A stretch of DNA of 64,000 bases from the human T2T-CHM13v2.0 reference genome, Homo sapiens: assembly GCF_009914755.1 (NCBI RefSeq), contig NC_060928.1, one strand, 5' to 3'. Under the pieces are notes generated by a model. The model ran no database searches. It saw only the letters and a list, made by a program, of their open reading frames with translations, and was not told the DNA's origin. Every line of letters begins with the position of its first letter. Position 1 is the first letter of the stretch. The position numbers were made by a program, and so were the translations under genes. Below are positions 15,181-28,715 of the stretch, piece by piece.

Positions 15181-17383
15181 AGATATAGTTTGGATTTGTG
15201 TCCCCTCCCAAATCTCATGTGGAATTGTGATCCCCAGTGTTGGAGGAGGAGCCTGTTGGGAAGTGATTGAATTTTGGAAGCGGATTTCCCCCTTTCTGTT
15301 CTTGTGATAGTGAATGAGTTCTCACGAGATCTGGTTGTTTAAAAGTGTGTAGCACCTTCTGTTCCCTCTCTCCTGCTCTGGCAAGTGAAGATGTACCTGC
15401 TTCCCCTTCACCTTTCACCATGACTGAAAGTTTTCTGACGGCTCTCCAGCTGTGCTTCCTATACAGCCTACAGAACTGAGAGTCAATTAAACTTTTCTTT
15501 ATAAATTACCCCATCTCAGGTAGTTCTTTACAGCAATGTAAGAACAGACTAATACAGAAAGTTGGTACTGGGGTGAGGTTTTGCTATAAAGATGTCTGAA
15601 AATATGGAAGCAACTTTAGAACTGGGTAATGGGCAGAGGTTGGAACAGTTTGGAGGGCTCAGAGGAAGATAGGAAGATGAGGGAAAGTTTGGAACTTCCT
15701 AGAGACTTGTTAAATTGTTGTGACCAAAGTGCTGATAGTGATACAGGCAATGACATCCTGGCTAAGGAAGTCTCAGATGGAAATGAGGAACTTTTTGGGA
15801 ATTAGATCCAAGATCACTTATGTTATGCATGAACAAAGTGATAATCTGAAACTGAAACTTATATTTAAAAGGGAAGCACAGTATAAAAGTTTGGAAAATT
15901 TGCAGCCTGGCCATGCGGTAGAAAAGAAGAACCCATTTTCTGATGAGGAATTGAAGCTGACTGAATAAATTTGCATAAGTAAGGAGGAGGTGAATGTTGA
16001 TAGCCAAGGATGGGTAAAATGCCTCAAAGACATTTAGAGATCTTTGCTTCAGCCCCTTCCATCAGAGGGCCGGGGGCCTAGGAGGGAAGAATGGTTTCCT
16101 GGGAAGGCAGGGCTCTGCTGCCCTGCACAACCTCAGGACACTGATCCCTGCATCCCAGCTGCTCCAGCTCCAGCTGTGACTATAAGGGGCCCAGATATGT
16201 CTCAGGCTTCAGCTCCAGAGGCTGCAAGCCATAGGCCATGGTGACTTTCCATGATCTTAAGCCTGTGGGTGTGCAGAGGGCAAGAGTTCAGGCTTGGGAG
16301 CCTCTGCCTAGATTTTAGAAGATGTATGAAAATGCCTGGATGTCCAGGCAGAAGTCTGCTGCAGAAGCAGAGCCCTCATGGAGAACCTCTTTTAGGGCAG
16401 TGCAGAGGGGAAATGTGGGGTTGGAGCCCCCAGACAGAGTCCTCACTGGGTCACTGCCTAGTGGAGCTGTAAGAAGAGGGCCACCATCCTGCAGACCCCT
16501 GAATGGTAGATCCACCAACAGCTTGCATCATGGACCTAGAAAAGCTGCAGGCACTCAATGCCAGCTTGTGAAAGCAGCCACAAGGCAGGGTCACAGAGGC
16601 AGAGCAGCCCAAAATCCGTGGGAGCCCACCCTTTGCATCAATGTTGCCTAGATGTGAGACATGGAGTCAAAGGAGATTATTCTGGAGCTTCAAGATATAA
16701 CAACTGCCCTGCTGGGTTTTGGACTTGCAGGGAAACTGTACCCCATTTGTTTTAACCAATTCCTCCCTTTTAGAATGGGAATATTTAGCCAATGCCAGTA
16801 CCCTTATTGTATCTTGGAAGTAACTAACTGGTTTTGATTTTACAGGCTCATAGGTGGAAGGGACTTGCCTCGTCTCTGATGAGACTTTGGACTGTGGACT
16901 TTGAGTTAATGCTGGGATGAGTTAAGACTTTGGGGGACTGTTGGGAAGACATGACTGTATATTGAAATGTGAGAAGGACATGAAATTTGGGAGGGGCAAG
17001 GGGCAGAATAATATGGTTTGAATTTTGTCTCTGCCCAAATCTCATGTTGAATTGTGATCCCCATTGTTGGAGGAGGGGTCTGGTGGGAGGTGACTGGATA
17101 ATGGGGGTGTATTTCCCACTTGCTGTTCTCTTGATAGTGAGTGAGTTTTTATGAGATCTGGTTATTTATAAGTGTATAGCACCCTCCATGTTCTCTCTCT
17201 TCTGTCATGTGAAGATGTGCCTACTTCCCCTTTACCTTCTGCCATGATCAAAAGTTTCCTGAGGCCTATGCAGCCATACTTCCTGTACAGCTTGTGAATC
17301 TGTGAGTCAATTAAACCTCTTTTATTTATAAATTACTCAGTCTCAGGTAGCACTTTATAGCAATGTGAGAATAGAGTAATACA
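15181..17383 (+). mobile_element. Complete MaLR provirus, MSTA-like (LTR 15181-15556, internal 15557-17008, LTR 17009-17383)
   Basis: Two ~375-bp LTRs ending in actaataca/gtaataca; polypurine tract before the 3' LTR; exact 5-bp TSD ccagt (15176-15180, 17384-17388). Confidence 0.93.
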
Positions 17384-17577
17384 CCAGTGTATATAAAAGT
17401 TATGTTTACACTGTACCGTGGTCTATTAAATGTGCAATAGCACTGTGTCTAAATAAATGCACATACATTAATTAAATACTTTATTGCTAAAATAGGCTAA
17501 CAATCCTCTGAGCCTTCAGTAAATCATAATATTTCAGCTGGTGGAGGGTCATAAGGCAATGAAGTTTGTTGCGTTGG

Positions 17578-17976
17578 TCAACTCTTCCTTTTATGAAATA
17601 TTTCCCTGTGGCATGTGATAACATTTAATAGCATTTTACCTACATTAGAACTTCTTTCAAAATTAATGTCAATCGTTTCAAACTCTACTGGTGCTTTATC
17701 AACTATGTAATATTCGAAATCCATTGTTGTCATTTCAACAGGGTTCACAGCATCTTCATCAGACATAAATTCCATCTCAAGAGACCATTTTCTTTGCTCA
17801 TTGATAAGAATCAACTTCTCATCTGTCCAGGTTTTATGATAAGATTGCAGCAATTCAGTCACACCTTCATGTTCCACTTCTAATTTTAGTTCTCTTGCTA
17901 TTTCCACCACATTGGGAGTGACTTTCTCCACTGAAGTCTTGAACCCCTCAAAGTCATCTGTGAGGGTTGGAATCAA
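17578..17976 (-). pseudogene. Tigger1 transposase C-terminal remnant
   Basis: [14 protein letters not shown]...[13 protein letters not shown]...VTELLQS...[11 protein letters not shown] matches Tigger1/TIGD1-type transposase; the rest of the ORF is disrupted. Confidence 0.85.
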
Positions 17977-18612
17977 CTTTTTCCAAGCTCCTATTCATAC
18001 TTTGAACTCCTCCCTTGAATCCCAAATGTCTTTAATGACATCTGGAATGGAGAATTCTTTCCAAGAGGTTTTCAACTGACTTTTCCCATATCCCTCAGAA
18101 GAATCACTATATATTGCAGCTATAACTTCACAAAATATATTTCTTAAATAATAAGACTTGAAGTTGAAATGTCTCCTTGATGCATGGGCTGCAAAATGGA
18201 TATTGTGTTATCAGGCATGAAAACAACATGAATCTCCTTGCACATCTCTATCAGAGCTCTTGGGTGACCAGGTCAATTGTCAATGAGCAGTAATTTTTGA
18301 AAGAATATTTTTAATGAGAAGTAAGTCTCAACAGTGAGCTAAAATATTTAGTAAACCATGCTGTAAACAGATGTGCTGTCATTCAGGCTTTGTTGCTCTA
18401 TTTCTAAAGAATAGGCAGAGTAGATTTAGCATAATTCTTAATGATCCTAGGATTTTCAGCATGGTCAATGAACACTGGCTTCACCTTGAAGTCACCAGCT
18501 GCATTATCTCCTAACAAGATAGCCTGTCCTTTGAAGTTTTGAAGCTAGCCTTTGACTTCTCTCTAGCTATGATAGTCCTAGATGATATCTTCCAATAGAA
18601 GGTACTTTTGTC

Positions 18613-19850
18613 ACTGAAACTGGACCTCTTCCTTACACCTTATACACAACTCAACTCAAGATGGATTAAAGACTTAAATGTAAGACCTAACACCATGAAA
18701 ACCCTAGAAGAAAACCTAGGCATACCATTCAGGTCATAGGCATGGGCAAAGACTTCATGATTAAAATACCAAAAGCAATGGCAACAAAAGCAAATGGGAC
18801 CTAATTTAACTAAAGAGCTTCTGCACAGCAAACAAACAAACAAACAAACAAAAAGAAAAACAAAAAACAACCCATCATCAGAGTGAACAGGCAACCCAGA
18901 GAATGGGAGAAAATATTTGCAATCTATCCATTTAACAAAGGTCTAATATCCAAAATCTATAAGGAGCTTAAACAATTTTAGAAAAAAACAAACAACCCCA
19001 TCAAAAAGTGGGCAAAGTATACGAACAGACCTTCTTAAAAGAAGACATTTATGTGGCCAACAAACATGAAAAAAAGCTCATCATCACTGGTCATTAAAGA
19101 AATGCAAATCAAAACTACAATGAAATACCATCTCATGCCAATTAGAATGGTGATCATTCAAAAGCCAAGAAACAACAGATGCTAGAGAGGATGTGGAGAA
19201 ATACGAACACTTTTACAATGTTGGTGGGGTTGTAAATTAGTTAAAGCATTGTGAAAGACAGTGTGGTGATTCCTCAAGGATCTAGAACCAGAAATACCAT
19301 TTGACCTGGCAATCCCATTACTGGGTTTATACCCAAAGGATTATAAATCATTCTACTATAATGACACATGCACACATATGTTTATTGCAACACTGTTTAC
19401 AATAGCAAAGACCTGGAACTAACTCAAATGCCCATAAGTGATAGACTGGATGAAGAAACTGTGGCACATATACACCATGGAATATTATGCGGCCATAAAA
19501 TGAATGAGTTCATGTCCTTTGAAGGGACATGGATGAAGCTGGAAACCATCATTCTCAGCAAAGTAACACAGGAACAGAAAACCAAACACTGCATTTTCTT
19601 ACTCATAAGTGGAAGTTGAATAATGAGAACACATGGACACAGGGAGGGGAACATCACGCACCAGAGCCTGTCAGGGTTGGGGGCAGGGAGAGGGATAGCA
19701 TTAGGACAAATTCCTAATGCATGCAGAGCTTAAAACCTAGGTGATGGGTTCATGGGTGCAGCAAACCACCATGGCACATGTATACCTATGTAACAAACCT
19801 GCAGGTTCTGCCCATGTATCCCAGAACTTAAAGTAAAATTTTTTAAAAAA
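18613..19850 (+). mobile_element. 5'-truncated L1PA (approx. L1PA7/8) inside Tigger1
   Basis: ctgaaactggacc..cttacaccttatac through tatcccagaacttaaagt and A-tail; degenerate TSD agaagg/tcagttttgt; Tigger1 resumes after it. Confidence 0.92.
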
Positions 19851-20969
19851 GAAGTCAGTTTTGTTTGTCTACATTAAAAATCTCTTGTTTGGTGTATCCA
19901 CCTTCATCAATTATCTTGGCCAGATTTTCTGGATAACTTGTAGTTTCTATATCAGCACTTGCTGCTTACCTTGCACGTTTCTGTTATGGATAGAGCTGCT
20001 TTTTTAAACCTTATGAATCAACCTCTGCCAGCTTTAAACATTTCTTCTGCAGCTTTCTCACCTCTCTCTGCCTTCATAGAATTGAAGAGAGTTAGAGCCT
20101 TGCTCTGGATTAGGCTTTGGCTCAAGGGCATGTTGTGTTTGCTTTGATCTTCTATTCAGATCACCAAAAATGTTCTCCATATCAGCAAGAAGGCTATTTT
20201 CCTATCTTACCATTTATGTGTTCACTGCAATAGCACTTTTAATTTCCTTCAAGAACTTTTCCTTTTTGCTCACAACTCAGCTGTTTCACACAAGAAGCCT
20301 AGCTTTCCTTCTGTCTTAGCTTTTGACATGCCTTCCTCACTAAGCTGAATCATTTCTATTTTTGATTTAAAGTGAGAGGCGTGTGACTCTTCCTTTCACT
20401 TGAACAATTAGAAGCCACTGTAAGGTTATTAATTAGCTTAATTTCAATATAATTGTATCTCTGGGAACAATCTCTGAGAGGGAGAGAGACTAGAAACAGC
20501 TAGTTGGTTTAGCAGTCAGAATACACACAACACTTATCAATTAAGTTGGCTATCTTATATAGGTACTGTTTGTGGTGCCCCCAAATATTTACTATGTACC
20601 ATCAAAGGTCACTGATCACAGATCACCATAACAGATATAATCATAATCAACGAGTTTAAAATATTGTGAGAATTACCAAAATGTGAGACAGAGACACAAA
20701 GCGAGCACATACTGTTGGAAAAATAGTGCTGGTAGACTTGCTCAATAGACACAGGGTTGCCACAAACCTTCAGTCTGTAAAAAGCGTAACGTTTGTGAGA
20801 TGCAATAAACAAAGCCCAATAAAATGAGCTATGCATGTACAGTGTTTTATTCTGAGACTTTTATCTTTCTGGGGCTGTACCATGGGGAAGGATAACAGTC
20901 TCTTTTTCTCCCAGATTCCACAGACAGATCTGAGTTTATTGTCCATGAGGACTTGCTCACAGACAGGAA

Positions 20970-21530
20970 CAATTCCTATTACTGCATAACAAATTAAGTT
21001 TAAAATTTAGTAACTTAAACAACCATTTATTAATTTCATAGAATTTAGTGGGTCAAGAATTTGGACAGGCATAACAGGCATACTGGCTCTGCTTGATGGT
21101 GACTGGTGTCTCGGCTGGGGACACTCAATGGCTGGAGGTGACTCAATGGCTTTGTGCTGGAATCATCTGAAGACTTGTCAATTCACATGTCTGGAGTCTG
21201 GGTTGGGATGAGTTCAAGAGTATGACTGCTGACCAGTTCTCCTGCTGTGATCTTTCCATCTGGCTTGACTTCCTCAGAGCATGGTGGCCTCAGTGTAGTC
21301 AGAATTCTTACCTGGCAGTTCCTGGCACTAAGAGCTGGTGTTCTAGAAAATAAGGTGGAAGCTGCATCATTTTTTATTACATAGCCGTAGAAGCCACACA
21401 AAATTACTTCTGCCATTGGTTGAGGAAGTCAAAATAATACACAGATTTGGGTTGAGGGGATGCAGACCCCTTCTTTTCAATGGGAGGAGTGTCAAAGGAT
21501 TTTAGAGTCATGTTTTTCACCCACCAAACT
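20970..21530 (-). mobile_element. MLT1-family solo LTR (MLT1H/I-like)
   Basis: ctattactgcataacaaatt...aaatttagtaacttaaacaaccatttatt...gggtcaagaatttgg...gctggaatcatctgaagacttg. Confidence 0.7.
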
Positions 21531-22310
21531 CTCATGGCTTATCTCTGATGTTCCTTTCTTCTTCCAACATGAAAATTTTGTTTGTTGTTAGTCTGAGGCC
21601 CAGGGTGTGGTGGAACATAAGGGATGAGGAATATTTGCTCTGACTCATGATGTCTTTTCCAAAATACTTTATCCATGCTATGAGTCCTTTCTATTTACTG
21701 AGAGCCAGAAACAGGCAGAAAGAGCACTCTGCCTTGTATTGTCACATCCCTTCTCTGAAGTTAAAAAGTTCTATAGCAAAGCCTAACTATCTGAAGGGGT
21801 TGAGGACTAAAGGAATAAACGATATGCTGTATGGGTTTGGGTAGATAGGGGCAGACATTCATATTACTAAATGACATTTTATTTTATGTTTTGTAAATAT
21901 TTAACATTTCAATATTATTCCACCAAACATGCAACAAAACAAAATAAACAAAGATATTGTTGCCCTACTTTTATAATTTTGCCATCTAATCTCACTATTC
22001 CTATTTGGAGTGGCTTCTTCCTGTGGTTTCTCTCTCTCTCTCTATTTTATATTCCTTTTACAATTTTCTCAGTTTAATGGACTCAGTATTCTTAAAACAT
22101 TCCAGTAATTTCAAAGTACAGCAATCTTGAAATATTCTGATCTAATCATTCAAGGTTATACCAGAATTTCTAGGGCAGTTTCTTCGGCTTATCTCATACT
22201 ACATATGATTACATAGTTCAGCTTTTCACCCTTTTGACTACACAGACAATATATATAAACCTATTTAGGGCAATTAACGTATTGGAGGATAAAAATCCTT
22301 TGAATTCCAT

Positions 22311-22673
22311 GTCCACATGGTTTGGATTTCTGTCCCCACCCAAATCTCATGTTGAATTGGAGAAGGGGCCTGGTGGGAGGTGATTGGATCATGGGGGCAG
22401 ATTTTCTTCCTGCTGTTCTCGTTCTCATGAGATCTGATGGTTTAAAAGTGTGTGGCACTTCCCCCTTTATTCTCTTTCTCTCCTGCCACAATGTGAAGAG
22501 AGTGCTTGCTTCCCCTTCATCTTCTGCCATCATTGTAAGTTTCCTGAGGCCTCCCAGCCATGCTGCCTGTTAAGCCTGCCGAACTGTGAGTCAATTCAAC
22601 CTCTTTTTATTTTTTTAAATAAATTAGCCAGTCTCAGGTAGTTCTTTATAGCAGTGTAAAAAGGACTAATATA
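22311..22673 (+). mobile_element. MSTA-like solo LTR
   Basis: atggtttggatttctgtccccacccaaatctcatgttgaatt...ggactaatata; tccat on both flanks (probable TSD). Confidence 0.88.
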
Positions 22674-23944
22674 TCCATAAAAGCTCACTCACTGACAGGC
22701 TAAGGACAGTATGTAGAGGACCGCCATTAGGACCTTTCAAGTCAATAACAAATGCCTCTCCAGAGAGATATTATGCTAATATTGAGTATTATGCACATTG
22801 TTAGTAGTTAATCATGTGTTTAATTCTTGATTTTTGAGCTACCCTTTGGCCTATGATGTAGCTGGGTTTTTTTTAGTTCATACTTCTTTTGTGCTTTGTG
22901 TCCGTATCTATTTCTACATCAGTCACAGAAATTGAAGACTTTAAATTTTCTCAATCAGATCCATTCTTTGAACAGGAATGGCAAGGATGAGGCAAGGTGA
23001 TAGCTCCTAGGGAGATGCTTGGCTGTGTGACATAGGGGTGAATACCTGGAGACAATTAGCATTCTGTTATGGAGGAAGAAGTGGGGAGTGGATGCAACTA
23101 ATCATATCTACTGCAGAGAAAAAATAGAACACTTAAAGCATGTAGGCAAAGGATCAGGATAAATGGCTAAGTGCCTATGAGCCCAAAATTGATTCAAGAG
23201 ATGACTAAACATTGGTTCAAGGACTGAAAGACTAAGCATGTTAAGAGTTCTGCTGATTGGGTTCTATACAACATCAAGGTACAGGGCAAGGCAGCAGCAT
23301 AGACACAAAAGTGGCCAAGGAGTTGCCTGACACACTTGCGGAGATTACCAAGAGGAGGAGTCGACTTTCCTAACAAATTGTCAGTGTAGACAAATGAGGC
23401 ATAGAAAATAATGCCTGATAGATTCTATATCAGTAAAGAAAAGTGTTCTTGGTTTTAAAGTTAGATTCATACTTCTGTTGGTGGAAATATGACTAGATAC
23501 TTAAATCTCTCTTAGACAATTTGGATTTACAAAGAGACTGACAAACAAATGGACAGATAGTCTTTGAGAACTTAATGTGAATGCCACTGTATTTGGGGTA
23601 CTGTTCTCTGCTTCAGAATGAATAGTCTATTGAAATCTCAGTTCCTACTGGCTAATTTGAAGCACAAGTGTTGAGAGGCTAATGTTTGGGAGGCATTTTT
23701 CTTTTGAGCTAAAACAGGAGTTTGAACAAACTCCAGCCTGAGTCAGCTTCTAAACAAGGATGAAATTCAAGTTTACAAAGCTTACTTGCAAGCCTGAAGC
23801 AGCTTATTTATGTATTTATAACATTTGCCTTAAAAAGAAACATTGGCCTATAACTTTGTAAAAGGTTGAGTTGAATACTCAGCAAAAGCAAACTTAAATG
23901 GTTTCATAACTTTTCCTCCAACCAAGGCTGGCAGCATAGCCATG

Positions 23945-24250
23945 GTGACAGTACAGTAAGCAGAGCACTGTGCTGCAAGGCAGGAATATGAGAGCACCTC
24001 CCTACCTAGGTATTGAGAAACTCTTCACCCTGAACAAGTCACTTCACTTCTTTAGGTCAGAAAAAGACTAACCTATCAGGTGGAATGCACTAAAGACACT
24101 AAAACATCTTAATTATTATTTTCCTTTGACTTTAGGGTTGAGGAATCTGAGTACAATTAAGCCACATGTCCTCAGTTAAATATTGAGCCAGTAGACTTGG
24201 AGTGGCCTTCATGCCCCTTGACTCCCTGGCCCAGACTCTCTTTCTCTAGT
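23945..24250. mobile_element. Degenerate MIR fragments
   Basis: ccctgaacaagtcacttcacttct (+) and gaggaatctgag...gccacatgtcctcagttaa (-). Confidence 0.4.
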
Positions 24251-25419
24251 GCTTTGCAGAACGTGGCAGTAAATCTAGCTGTGTCTAATGAAAGGGCTTC
24301 TGCTGTCAGTGACACCCAGAGGTAAGCACCTTGGAATTAGCAATTCTCACCTGATATTGTTAACATTCAGGTAGGCTTAACCTATGGACCCCACCTGCCA
24401 CAGTGTCTCTGAAGCTCAGTCTACAAGCGAGCACAGGATGTAAGGAATAATCCTTTGCAATGAACAAATATCTTGTCAAACCCTGAACATGCTCAAAGAA
24501 GCATCACTTGGATTAGTGGATTAAGTGCATTAGTCCAAATGATTTTACTAATTGTGCATTATATATAAATGAAAGCCTGAGAATGATGGAAATATTACTT
24601 TGCAACGACTGTTATAGTTTTCCAAAGAAATGTTCAGAGATAAGAGAGGAGATTGCAACACTAAAGGTGTTTAGTCCTTTGGCTGTTGGAAGGCTTCTAA
24701 TGCAATATAAGACACAGCATTGATGTGCTCAGCTCAGGGATAATATAGAAGGAGGAAACTGGCTCACAGACTTGATTCCCCAGGACAATTTCCTCTAGAG
24801 CAGTATATGAAGATGCTTTGCTTTATAGGACCCTGAAAAGCCCATCTTCTGTCCTGAGAAGCCTTCCGTTATATTAAGGAGCTCATACCATCTATGAAAA
24901 ACATTTATTTCATTTTTAAATATAGAATACATTTTACACCTACTGTTGAGTTGAGAGACAGACAGTCATCGCATTAAATGGTTATTATCCAGGATTAGGA
25001 CCATCCTCTATTTCATTCATTGGGTGAATGCTCAGCTGATTAGGTTCTTGCAGAGAACCTAATAGGTTCGAATCATCACAGCACCAACCCATTTGCTACC
25101 ACAGCCCTGGGATCTGGAGAAGACAGCTTGGTGTGTGAGTCCCTGCCTGCTCCTGGCCTTTGTCTTCCTTCTGTCCATGCATTTAGGGGTCAACTGACCC
25201 CTCTCACAGACTTAGTATTGCCTGTCTAAAAGTTAGTTAAAAAAAAAATCCCAAACTGCAGAACTGTGCTTCAATTCACATTTCCCTAGCACTGGCCTCA
25301 CCCCAACAGCTGAAGAATGAGTTTCAGCCTTGAATCCTGGATGTGAAATCTCTTTAGGTTTTGCTTACCTGGACTCCAGAACCTTCTGCTTTTCTCCTGC
25401 CAGTCTCCATCCTCTAGTA

Positions 25420-25662
25420 GCTGAGAGTGTGGACAGAGAGGTCAAAGAGGGCTAGGTTCTGGACTTCTCTTTGTGTTTACTAGCTAAATGGCATTAGGCA
25501 GATTTGTTTCCATAAGTCTCATTGCTCACCTATAAAATGGGTCAAATAATAAAAATCTATCTCAGATGGTTTGTATGAGATCAAATGAGATAATGTATGT
25601 AATGTCCTTAGTACAAAGTGCAATATACAAAAGCTATTCAATAAATTTAAGCTATTAGTAAT
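25420..25662 (+). mobile_element. MIR SINE
   Basis: ctcacctataaaatggg...aataataaaaatctatctcag...gagatcaaatgagataatgtatgtaa...ttcaataaat. Confidence 0.75.
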
Positions 25663-28389
25663 ATCAATTAAATGCACAGAAGTTTAGCAATTCTGTTGCT
25701 CTCTGCTTCATTTCTGTGTGAGTTTTTTTCTTCCAAACTGGGTTGTAGATTTTTTTTGTCACAGACTATGTTTAAAAAGGTTTTCAGATTTTCTTCAGAA
25801 CTGAACCAAATATAGGGTATGAGGTGGTGTTTAATAGCGTTTGATTGATTCAAAACCAGCACAATTTCTAAAATACCTTGTGACTAGAGCTCATTTTGAA
25901 ATTTTGTACATGAATACAGAGAAAATGCAGAATAAGTCAATCTTCAGAAAGCGGGAATTATGAGCTCACTCAATGCAGAGCTTCATTACCTATGTAATGT
26001 CATCATTTCAGGGCATGCCAGCCACAGAGAACAGAACCAGGCCATCAATTGGCACTCAGTGACTAAACACTCTGTGTGGGTCCTTGCACTGGAATTGACT
26101 GCAAGCAGTCAGAGAAAGCACTCAAAGAATTACTCCGTTTATGCACAAAGTATTTTTCAATATGGCTTAAGTAAAACCTCCTGTCCCATCATCATTGACT
26201 CCTAATTATTAATTAAACTATTTAGCACTTTTAAAACCCCAACAGGCATACCTTTTCTCTAGCAGATACTCACTAGAAAACAGCTATCAGGGAAAGACAG
26301 TTCTAACAAATAAAAAAAGAATAGTAAAAGCAGCACACATCAGCCACCACCAGCAAAAAACAACTGTTTTGATGTTTATGCATGTGGGTAGTTTTTTGTT
26401 TAAACACAATGTGATTAATAAACACAGACTTATGAAATCCTTTCTTTCATCAATGAACTATGGCAAACTTGAAATACAAGGATTATGTTTTTAAGTGTCT
26501 AAATTGAAAAGGCAAGAATAAGTCCCAGGACCAAATTCTCAACAATAATCCCAATTTTTACTGATTTCGAGGTTTATACTGACATTTTTTTCTCAATTGT
26601 ATTTAGGCATCCAAGTATGTGTGTTTCTTCCAGTCCCTTAAATAATCTTCACAGCCTACATAGGTTGCCTTGTAATGTAGCCAGAGAAAGAAAACATTTT
26701 AAAACTATTAAGCATATTCCAAATGTTGTTATTAGTAGTTTTGAGGGCTTGGCTATTTTGTTAGCCTCAAAAATGTTAATAATTAGTAGTATTCTTTGGA
26801 ATTTTGCTCATGAAGCTTAAGAAGCAACATTGTAAATTATAAAGGAAGAAATATTTTGCTTATTTTGTGTTTCTTTGCGTGGATAAAGCTGTCTTCAGTC
26901 TTCATCACCACAGGCTTTACTGTTAATGATGGAATGCAAAATGTAGATTTTTTCCTCCATGGTTTTCTTTATTTGTCTTATTTGTTCTGCTATTTCCTAT
27001 GTGTCTGCCCCAGCCCCTTTTGCTGATAATTTTATATTGCATTTATTGCAAGGAACACTGTGTGGTTTCTACGATCAGGTAAAATGCTTAACTTCTTTTA
27101 AAAAAAAAACTTTTAAGAAGAAATGATTTTGTTAAAAAAAGTTCTTATTTTGATAAACAAAGGTTTAGTGAAAATTAAATCAGTGTCTGTTTCAGAATAT
27201 AAGAACCTAAAAGAAGAGTTCTGCAAACACGGTTATTTCAAATTGATGTGCTTTGCAGTATTGAAAAATATTAGTATCATGTCTAGGTAATGTTTAATGA
27301 CGTGAAGGAAGCAAAGCCAAAGTCACTTAACCTAGTGGTTAGCCACTTGGTAGGGTATGAAATACATGTTTCCCAGGAGGCTCCCAGATCATCATTTGTG
27401 TGTTCCTGTATGTGCAATTGTATGCATCCAAAATGATACTTCTTTTAGAGGCTATGTAGAGTTCTAATGTCATCTTATTTCTATTTTGCCACGTGTTTCC
27501 TTCTCACTCAATCTTCTCAATGTGGGATTGGGTTCTAGGGATCCACAGTTGTCATTAGGTTAGTCTGAAGAGTGACACCATGCAACAGTGACACTCCTGG
27601 CTTGCCCCACCTCTGACACACTTCTCGTCCTTGTCTGTTCCTCTTTCTGATCAGTGTATGACATCTATTAGTCAACATTTCTTAATTGAGAGGGCAGATA
27701 TATTAAAAGGCTGTATATACTGGAAACTTTTTTTCTTTTTTATCTGAACAGTCCAATGCAGCAATACTAGGTATTGTGGATGCCTATTTTCACAGGCCTG
27801 GATTCAGAATGGTGGGGGCACTGAATGGTAAAAATCCCACTGGTTGCATATCTAAGCCATGTACTGTAACCCAGCTGTTGCATAAAGTTTTATCTCCAAC
27901 AGACTGGCTCCTGTTTCAGATATTCAGAATTCAGGCAGGGAAAGGGGTGTCATTTACCAGGCACTCTTAAATCCCAACAATTACGTGAACAACTACAATC
28001 TAAATTTTCAAGTTATCCCACTGATTTATTTGGCCTGGAAATTTTCTAGAATAATGGAGTCTTAAAATAAATCTCAGGTTGAAATGGACTCAGTCTTCAA
28101 TCTGACTGAAGTGTTTTGCCTTCCTATAATTTTTATTTAGTAATGTTTTAGTAGCTGTAAAATAGTTGCAGTTCATACAACACTTTATGGTTATCTAGTC
28201 AGACTTAAGTCTTTTTAAAATATCTATTTTCTCCAGTATAAGGTTTCTCAAAGAACTTCCAGAATTTAAACTATTTCTATATTGTCAACATGTATCTACA
28301 ATGAAATTCTTCTAAATGATGGACTGCATCTGTACTCGTTGAAGATTATTTCAGACAACCATGATATACATAATGGTTTGTGCAATAAA

Positions 28390-28560
28390 TGAACTAGAGT
28401 CAGAACATGTGGATCCTTAATGCATAAGCTTGGACACATACTTAACTGTTCTGGATGTTAATCTTACTTGGGCCTTGAGAAACATGTGACTTGCCTACCT
28501 TATAAAACTGCTACGAGGGTCACAGGATACGAAACTTTGATGAAAAGTAAAGCGTTGTGC
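28390..28560 (+). mobile_element. MIR fragment
   Basis: gaactagagtcagaacatgtgg...ttggacacatacttaactg...cctaccttata. Confidence 0.45.
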
Positions 28561-28715
28561 AACTTCCTTCATTTGACTAGTCCTCTAAGAATCATTCAAC
28601 ATAGGTGACCCTCATTTTCTCTTAGCATTCATGGCACTCATTTTCTGGTTTTCCTCCACCTCTTTGATTTCTTTCATATCTACTTTGCTGGCTCAGTCGG
28701 TCCTTTTCTACCAGA

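Larger units (their letters stand above)
15082..20837 (-). mobile_element. Near-full-length Tigger1 (TcMar-Tigger DNA transposon) with both TIRs, carrying two nested insertions
   Basis: Left end caggcatacctcagagata, right end caataaaatgagctatgcatg followed by TA. About 2.3 kb remains once the nested elements are removed. Transposase remnant at 17578-17976. Confidence 0.92.

Noticed and set aside
15720-17045. Dense overlapping ORFs in the MSTA internal region (and 35398-37607 in THE1A)
   Set aside because: Fragmented MaLR internal/LTR sequence with no intact gag/pol.
27722-27775. Pyrimidine tract + AG with a 19-nt putative microexon
   Set aside because: Weak donor (GTATTG), not frame-preserving, and no host gene is evident.
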